Source: Candidatus Micrarchaeia archaeon (lineage in GTDB: Archaea; Micrarchaeota; Micrarchaeia; Norongarragalinales; UBA8480). Taken from it: a DNA stretch of 19,647 nt. Of this stretch, positions 15,298 through 19,647 are shown in pieces; positions within the stretch are counted from its first letter, which is position 1; every line of letters starts with the position of its first letter. The notes beneath the pieces were generated by a model. The model was not told the DNA's origin, did no database searches, and was given only the letters and a program-made list of their open reading frames with translations. Where the stretch lies: positions 1 through 19,647 of the forward strand of contig JBAMLY010000012.1 in NCBI GenBank assembly GCA_039794045.1. The letters run 5' to 3'. The position numbers and the translations under genes are program-made.

Positions 15298-17406
15298 ATG
15301 CCCCAACAAAAGCAAGGCGGTCTTTACGCTGGAGTAAAAGCGGCGCCGAAAAAACGCGAGAAAAAACCCGGCATAGACCCCTTCGTCTCAATCACTTACA
15401 AGCTGGCGCGAATGTTTGCTGGCTTCGGCAAGGGCGCGCAGTACTCTGACGAGCAAAAAGCAGTAATGGACTTCATTGGCTACCCGATAACAGCCGAGCA
15501 GTTTCGCGCCGCTCAAATGGGTTGCTTGTTCATTGGCTTGATTGCTTGGATGTTCGCGGCCGGCTTGGGCTTCGTTTTAGGCGGGGGCTTTGAAAGCACT
15601 ACTTTTCTTGCCTCGGCCGGCGGCGGCTTGATCGCGCCAATAATGCTTTTCTTCATGTACTCGCGTTACCCAAAGAGCGTCGCCGAAAAACAGAAGATGC
15701 TCGCGCTTGGCTACATTCCAGAAATAGTTAACTACTTGATAATGTCGATGCGGCTCACGCCCAACCTCGAGAAAGCAGTCGAGTTCGCGGCAAACCACGG
15801 ACGCGGAAAAATAGCTGAAGACATGAAGAAAATAGTTTGGGACGTGCAAATAGGGAAGTACAAGAGCATAGAAGAAGGAATAGACAACCTCGCTTACGCG
15901 TGGGGCACGTACAATGACGACTTCAAGCAAGCACTCATGACAATTCGCGCGAGCGTCCTCGAAGCAGACACCGCGCGCCGCGAGGCCCTGCTCGAAAAAG
16001 CGATTGCCAACGTGTTGGAAGGCTCCAAAGAAAAAATGGATTTGTACGCGCGCGCCCTCCACGGCCCAACAGTTTACTTGTATTACTTCGGTGTGCTCTT
16101 GCCGCTCATGCTCGCCATAGTCGTGCCAATCGGGGGAAGCTTCCTGCAAAAGTTCCCGATTCCACTAAACAACCCGTTCGTGATAGCCGGCGCTTACCTC
16201 GTGGCTTTGCCGATTCTCATCTTCTTCATGGGCGGAATGATTTTAAGCGGCAGGCCCCCCACTTACGAGCCCCCCGAAATACCTGAAGACTTTCCCGGCC
16301 TTCCCCCCAAGGGAGTGCTTCAAGTAGGCTCCCTTAAAATCCCTTTCGTTCCCCTCGCCGTAATCGCGTTTATAGCGATTGCCGCGACAGGGTATTACTT
16401 AGACCAAGCAATCAACTTATCTGAAATAACTCCTGGCTCGGACTACGCGGCAGAGCTAGGCACCAAGCCCTACGTGCAACTGCCCTTCCTGCCCTGGCCG
16501 TGGGCGTTCTACGGCACGATCAGCCTCTTTTCCACGCTCATCGGCGCAAGCGTTGCAGTAAGCATTTACTTGTTTGGAAAGTACTACGCGCGCAAGAAAG
16601 TGCAAGACGAAATACGCGCCATGGAAACAGAGTTCAAGGACGCCATGTACGTTCTCGCCTCTCGCTTGGGAGAAAACCGGCCCATAGAAGACGCAATGAA
16701 GCACGCCGTAGAATTCCTGCCAAAAAGCAAGATAGCCAACAAAGTGTTCCGGCGCGTGCTGGAAAACATTCGCTCGCTCGGAATGACTCTAGACGAAGCA
16801 GTGTTCAACCCCACCTTCGGCGCAGTCAGTGGCCTCCCCTCCAAGACCCTGCAAAGCGGAATGAGCATACTCATAGACTCAGTGGGACTAGGAGTAAACG
16901 TTGCCGCCAAGTCCCTCATCGGCTTGTCAATGCAGTTGCGCAACGCCGAAAAAATAGACTTGATGCTGCGCAACCTCCTCGCCGACGTCACAAGCATGCT
17001 CAAGACGATGGGAACATTCATCGCGCCAATCGTGCTCGGCGTCGTCACCGCCCTCCAAGGAATAATTGGCTCGGCGATCGCGGGCAACCCCTGCCCGGAA
17101 ACCACTGAAGCAACCACAGCAGCAGCAGGACCGTTCGGCGGCGGAGGAGGAGGCGGAATAACTGGCTTGCTGTGCCAGCCAGCAGGAGGAAGCACTGGCA
17201 CCACGCCATTCCAATTCATAATAATTATGGGCGTCTACGTCATAGAAGTAGTAATCCTCCTCACTTACTTCAACGCCCAAGTAGAAGACTCGAACAACAA
17301 GCTCCACACTTACCTTTCAATCGCGCAAGCACTACCCCTCGCCACAATACTCTTCTGCGTTGTTGCCTACTTCGCCAGCGGAGTAGTATCAATATCAGCT
17401 GGCTGA
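15298..17406 (+). CDS. FlaJ/TadC-like membrane platform protein with two T2SSF-like cytoplasmic domains
   Basis: IPEIVNYLIMSMRLTPNLEKAVEFAA..GRGKIAED and EFKDAMYVLASRLGENRPIEDA repeats separated and flanked by TM bundles. Confidence 0.82.
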   Translation: MPQQKQGGLYAGVKAAPKKREKKPGIDPFVSITYKLARMFAGFGKGAQYSDEQKAVMDFIGYPITAEQFRAAQMGCLFIGLIAWMFAAGLGFVLGGGFESTTFLASAGGGLIAPIMLFFMYSRYPKSVAEKQKMLALGYIPEIVNYLIMSMRLTPNLEKAVEFAANHGRGKIAEDMKKIVWDVQIGKYKSIEEGIDNLAYAWGTYNDDFKQALMTIRASVLEADTARREALLEKAIANVLEGSKEKMDLYARALHGPTVYLYYFGVLLPLMLAIVVPIGGSFLQKFPIPLNNPFVIAGAYLVALPILIFFMGGMILSGRPPTYEPPEIPEDFPGLPPKGVLQVGSLKIPFVPLAVIAFIAIAATGYYLDQAINLSEITPGSDYAAELGTKPYVQLPFLPWPWAFYGTISLFSTLIGASVAVSIYLFGKYYARKKVQDEIRAMETEFKDAMYVLASRLGENRPIEDAMKHAVEFLPKSKIANKVFRRVLENIRSLGMTLDEAVFNPTFGAVSGLPSKTLQSGMSILIDSVGLGVNVAAKSLIGLSMQLRNAEKIDLMLRNLLADVTSMLKTMGTFIAPIVLGVVTALQGIIGSAIAGNPCPETTEATTAAAGPFGGGGGGGITGLLCQPAGGSTGTTPFQFIIIMGVYVIEVVILLTYFNAQVEDSNNKLHTYLSIAQALPLATILFCVVAYFASGVVSISAG

Positions 17407-17483
17407 AAACAACAAAAAACAAGCACGATTTGCTGAAACCACGAAAGCCAATAAATTTTAATGCGCGCCACCAACAACAGTTC

Positions 17484-19061
17484 ATGGCAAAAAAACCACT
17501 TAGGGCTCAAGGCGCGTTCGAGTACATGGCCTTGCTCGCAGGAATAGTTCTCGTCGTAGTCGTAGCCAACATCGTGTTAAAAAACGCGTTGCTCGCGCCA
17601 TCCACTCAAAACCTTGAAGCCGGCACCAGCAAACTCAAAGCCAACGCTGACGTGAACTGCTTGAACTACTGCGGCGAAGGCGCTTGGGAGTGGATAAAAA
17701 AAGAAAATGCTTCAGTGCAACTCCGGTACAGTCCAGCTTGCTCGTTGTCAGAAGGACTGAACGGCAACCCCGACTGTTTCTGGAACGGCAGCGAAACCCA
17801 GAACTGCAACTCCACTTGGTCCACGAACTCTGCACAGTACTCAAACAAGCCGCCCAGGAACACGAGGTTCTGCGCCCTACCAAAGCCAGGACAGCAAACA
17901 ACACAGCCAACAGCAACGCCGACTCCAACGCCTCACTACGTCACTGGCTGCGGTTCGCTGAACGAAGCAGGGTATTACTTGCTTGAAAACGACGTCACAA
18001 CGTCAAGCGACTGCTTTAAAGTCAACGCAACCAACGTGCACTTCAACTGCAACGGCAAAAAAATCGCTTCAACAACTTACTACCCGTACTCGGCGTTCAC
18101 CACTGACGCAAACGACGTTGAAGGCTTTGAACTCGAAAACTGCGTCATAGAAAACTTTGGCTATGCTTACAACCACTACAACCCAAACGGCAAGACCCGC
18201 AACTCAAACTTTCACGACAACTTGTTCCATCACAACTACAACGGCGTGTACACCTACAACATTGAAAACACTGTAATACAAAAAAACAACTTCAGCGGCG
18301 GCCAAACCTACTCGCTCCTCGCAATCTCAGCAAACGGATTATCAATCAAATACAACAACGTTTCATTCGACGCGCAAACGAGCACGTGCACTGGCTACCC
18401 CGTTTACTTGCGAACTGCCAACAACACGGCAATCGAAAACAATTACTTCAACTGCTCTAGCCCCTCCCACGCTGGCAACTATGGAGTAATACTAGACTAC
18501 GAAGGAGAAAACGCTTCAATAAAAAACAACGTCGTCGACTACTTCTATAATGGCATGCAAATAGACGTAAAGAACGCCGCAGTAGAAAACAACTACGTGC
18601 ACCACGCAATAAACCAAGGCATCCTAATAACCGGCGCCAACGTCACGCTCCAGTCAAACGACGCCAGCGGAAGCCAGTACTACTGCTACGCGATCAATTA
18701 CAATGCAGAAAACGTTACCTTGAATGGAAACACTGCACGAGACTGTAGCACCGGCGTATTCGTTTCCGGGGGGGCAGCCAACATAACCATTACAAGCAAC
18801 TCGTTCCAGAACACTTCCTACCGCGGCATCTACTTGTACGACTACGTAGGCGGACAAGTGAAGATGACAAACAACAACTTGTGCGCTTCAAACGCTTCCG
18901 ATTACGACGTCAGCCTCTATGCTCAACCAAGCAGCATAATAGTTTCAGGCAACTCATGCCACCAAAACAAGTGCTACAACAACTTCTACTTGAACGAGAC
19001 ACTCAAGTCGTTCTGCTTGCCTGAAGGCTCTGTAGAGGGAAACTGCAGCACTATTTGCTGA
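17484..19061 (+). CDS. Pilin-anchored right-handed parallel beta-helix (NosD/pectin-lyase-like) surface protein, 525 aa
   Basis: True start ATG 17484: MAKKPLRA/QGAFEYMALLAGIVLVVVV; Cys-rich segment, PTATPTPTP linker, C..L...GYY.LENDV....CF.V.A.NV.FNCNG cap, then repeated I.NN/GI.L beta-helix coils. AT-rich AAATTTTAA at 17453-17461 upstream. Confidence 0.88.
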   Translation: MAKKPLRAQGAFEYMALLAGIVLVVVVANIVLKNALLAPSTQNLEAGTSKLKANADVNCLNYCGEGAWEWIKKENASVQLRYSPACSLSEGLNGNPDCFWNGSETQNCNSTWSTNSAQYSNKPPRNTRFCALPKPGQQTTQPTATPTPTPHYVTGCGSLNEAGYYLLENDVTTSSDCFKVNATNVHFNCNGKKIASTTYYPYSAFTTDANDVEGFELENCVIENFGYAYNHYNPNGKTRNSNFHDNLFHHNYNGVYTYNIENTVIQKNNFSGGQTYSLLAISANGLSIKYNNVSFDAQTSTCTGYPVYLRTANNTAIENNYFNCSSPSHAGNYGVILDYEGENASIKNNVVDYFYNGMQIDVKNAAVENNYVHHAINQGILITGANVTLQSNDASGSQYYCYAINYNAENVTLNGNTARDCSTGVFVSGGAANITITSNSFQNTSYRGIYLYDYVGGQVKMTNNNLCASNASDYDVSLYAQPSSIIVSGNSCHQNKCYNNFYLNETLKSFCLPEGSVEGNCSTIC

Positions 19062-19104
19062 CGCGAGCAAAAAACGAGGACAGCAAAAAAGCGGAAACCA
19101 GAAC

Positions 19105-19172
19105 TTTTTTAAGCTGCAAAACAATGTCTTTTTTCATTGGGGCGCGCGCCCCAAAGCCACTTCAAAGGAGGT
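19105..19172 (+). promoter_or_regulatory. Promoter, leader palindrome and strong Shine-Dalgarno of the terminal pilin gene
   Basis: TTTTTTAA (19105-19112), perfect 18-bp palindrome TTGGGGCGCGCGCCCCAA (19137-19154), AGGAGGT (19166-19172) 6 nt before ATG. Confidence 0.65.
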
Positions 19173-19178
19173 AAGAAA

Positions 19179-19647
19179 ATGATTTTCTTGAAGAAACGAC
19201 GCGGGCAAGCATTCGAAACCATGATGCTCGTCATCAGCGTAATCGTAGCCATAGCAATCCTCGGCGTCCTGACCGGCATTCTCGGAGGCATTGGAGGAAT
19301 CGGTGGCGACTGGAGGGACGCAGTAAAAGACAGCCTAAAACAAGTAGGCACTTACGGCGTCAGCGCAGCGAAAACCATTACAATAAAAAAAGGAGACTCG
19401 CTCGACGCCAAGGCAGCAACCTCAGTCATTTCAACCTTTTCCTCAAACGAGTTACTATTCGTCTTAAGCGACGAAGCAAGAAAAGACTTCACACCAGGCG
19501 ACAACCCTGACAACAGCGAGATAATCTTCAACAAAGGCAGCAACCAAGACTATTCAATGGCAGTAGCCGCCAACGCAGACGCTACTGGCAATCACAAAAT
19601 ATGGGTGTGCCTGAGCAGGATAACCGATAAAGGCCCTCAATCAGCTA
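19179..19647 (+). CDS. Archaeal pilin-like protein (class III signal peptide), 3'-truncated by window edge; absent from ORF track
   Basis: Manual translation: MIFLKKRRG/QAFETMMLVISVIVAIAILGVLTGILGGIGGIGGDWRDAVKDSLKQ...; no stop in 156 codons to the window end; AGGAGGT SD. Confidence 0.9.
   Translation, partial: MIFLKKRRGQAFETMMLVISVIVAIAILGVLTGILGGIGGIGGDWRDAVKDSLKQVGTYGVSAAKTITIKKGDSLDAKAATSVISTFSSNELLFVLSDEARKDFTPGDNPDNSEIIFNKGSNQDYSMAVAANADATGNHKIWVCLSRITDKGPQSA

Noticed and set aside
17136..17158. GGC/GGA run as a phase-variable microsatellite
   Set aside because: Mixed Gly codons in frame; simply encodes a poly-Gly loop.
5446..17406. Archaellum operon
   Set aside because: No archaellin-type N-terminus or FlaF/G-like genes recognised; ATPase plus split TadB/C and QxxxE pilins fit a type IV pilus instead.
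17172..17483. 104-aa N-terminal extension of the 629-aa ORF
   Set aside because: Overlaps the end of the 702-aa gene and the intergenic promoter; the class III signal peptide defines ATG 17484 as the start.
19109..19543. Two short - strand ORFs (80 aa and 63 aa)
   Set aside because: Antisense shadows of the + strand pilin that has a strong SD and signal peptide.

Overview
Archaeal genomic window, most consistent with a DPANN-type archaeon (inferred from the gene families, TATA-type promoters and class III signal peptides; not verified). It is almost entirely a type IV pilus (Tad-like) locus fused to a KaiC-family signalling module. Left part: a partial pilin gene missing from the ORF track, two head-to-head single-domain KaiC/RAD55-like ATPases, and a + strand run of tandem-V4R protein, UbiA-family prenyltransferase, stand-alone multi-TM sensor-like protein and a Walker A-less DUF835-like KaiC derivative. 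Middle (- strand): a 1001-aa pilin-anchored adhesin with a 795-bp internal duplication, four minor pilin-like genes, a wHTH/coiled-coil protein, a VirB11/TadA ATPase and two TadB/C platform proteins. Right part (+ strand): a FlaJ/TadC-like double-domain platform protein, a pilin-anchored beta-helix protein and a second partial pilin missing from the ORF track. The most notable signals are (i) the KaiC-V4R-UbiA-sensor-DUF835 cluster, a candidate prenylated-ligand signalling circuit tied to pili, (ii) a GCGAGT(AAT) motif exactly 6 nt downstream of the TATA box in three pilus promoters, two of which form a dyad-symmetric bidirectional promoter, (iii) 5' hairpins on both small pilin genes and (iv) a 122-bp perfectly identical patch inside otherwise diverged adhesin repeats. 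No rRNA, tRNA, CRISPR array, mobile element or prepilin peptidase was recognised. All domain calls are by eye from motifs; no database searches were run.
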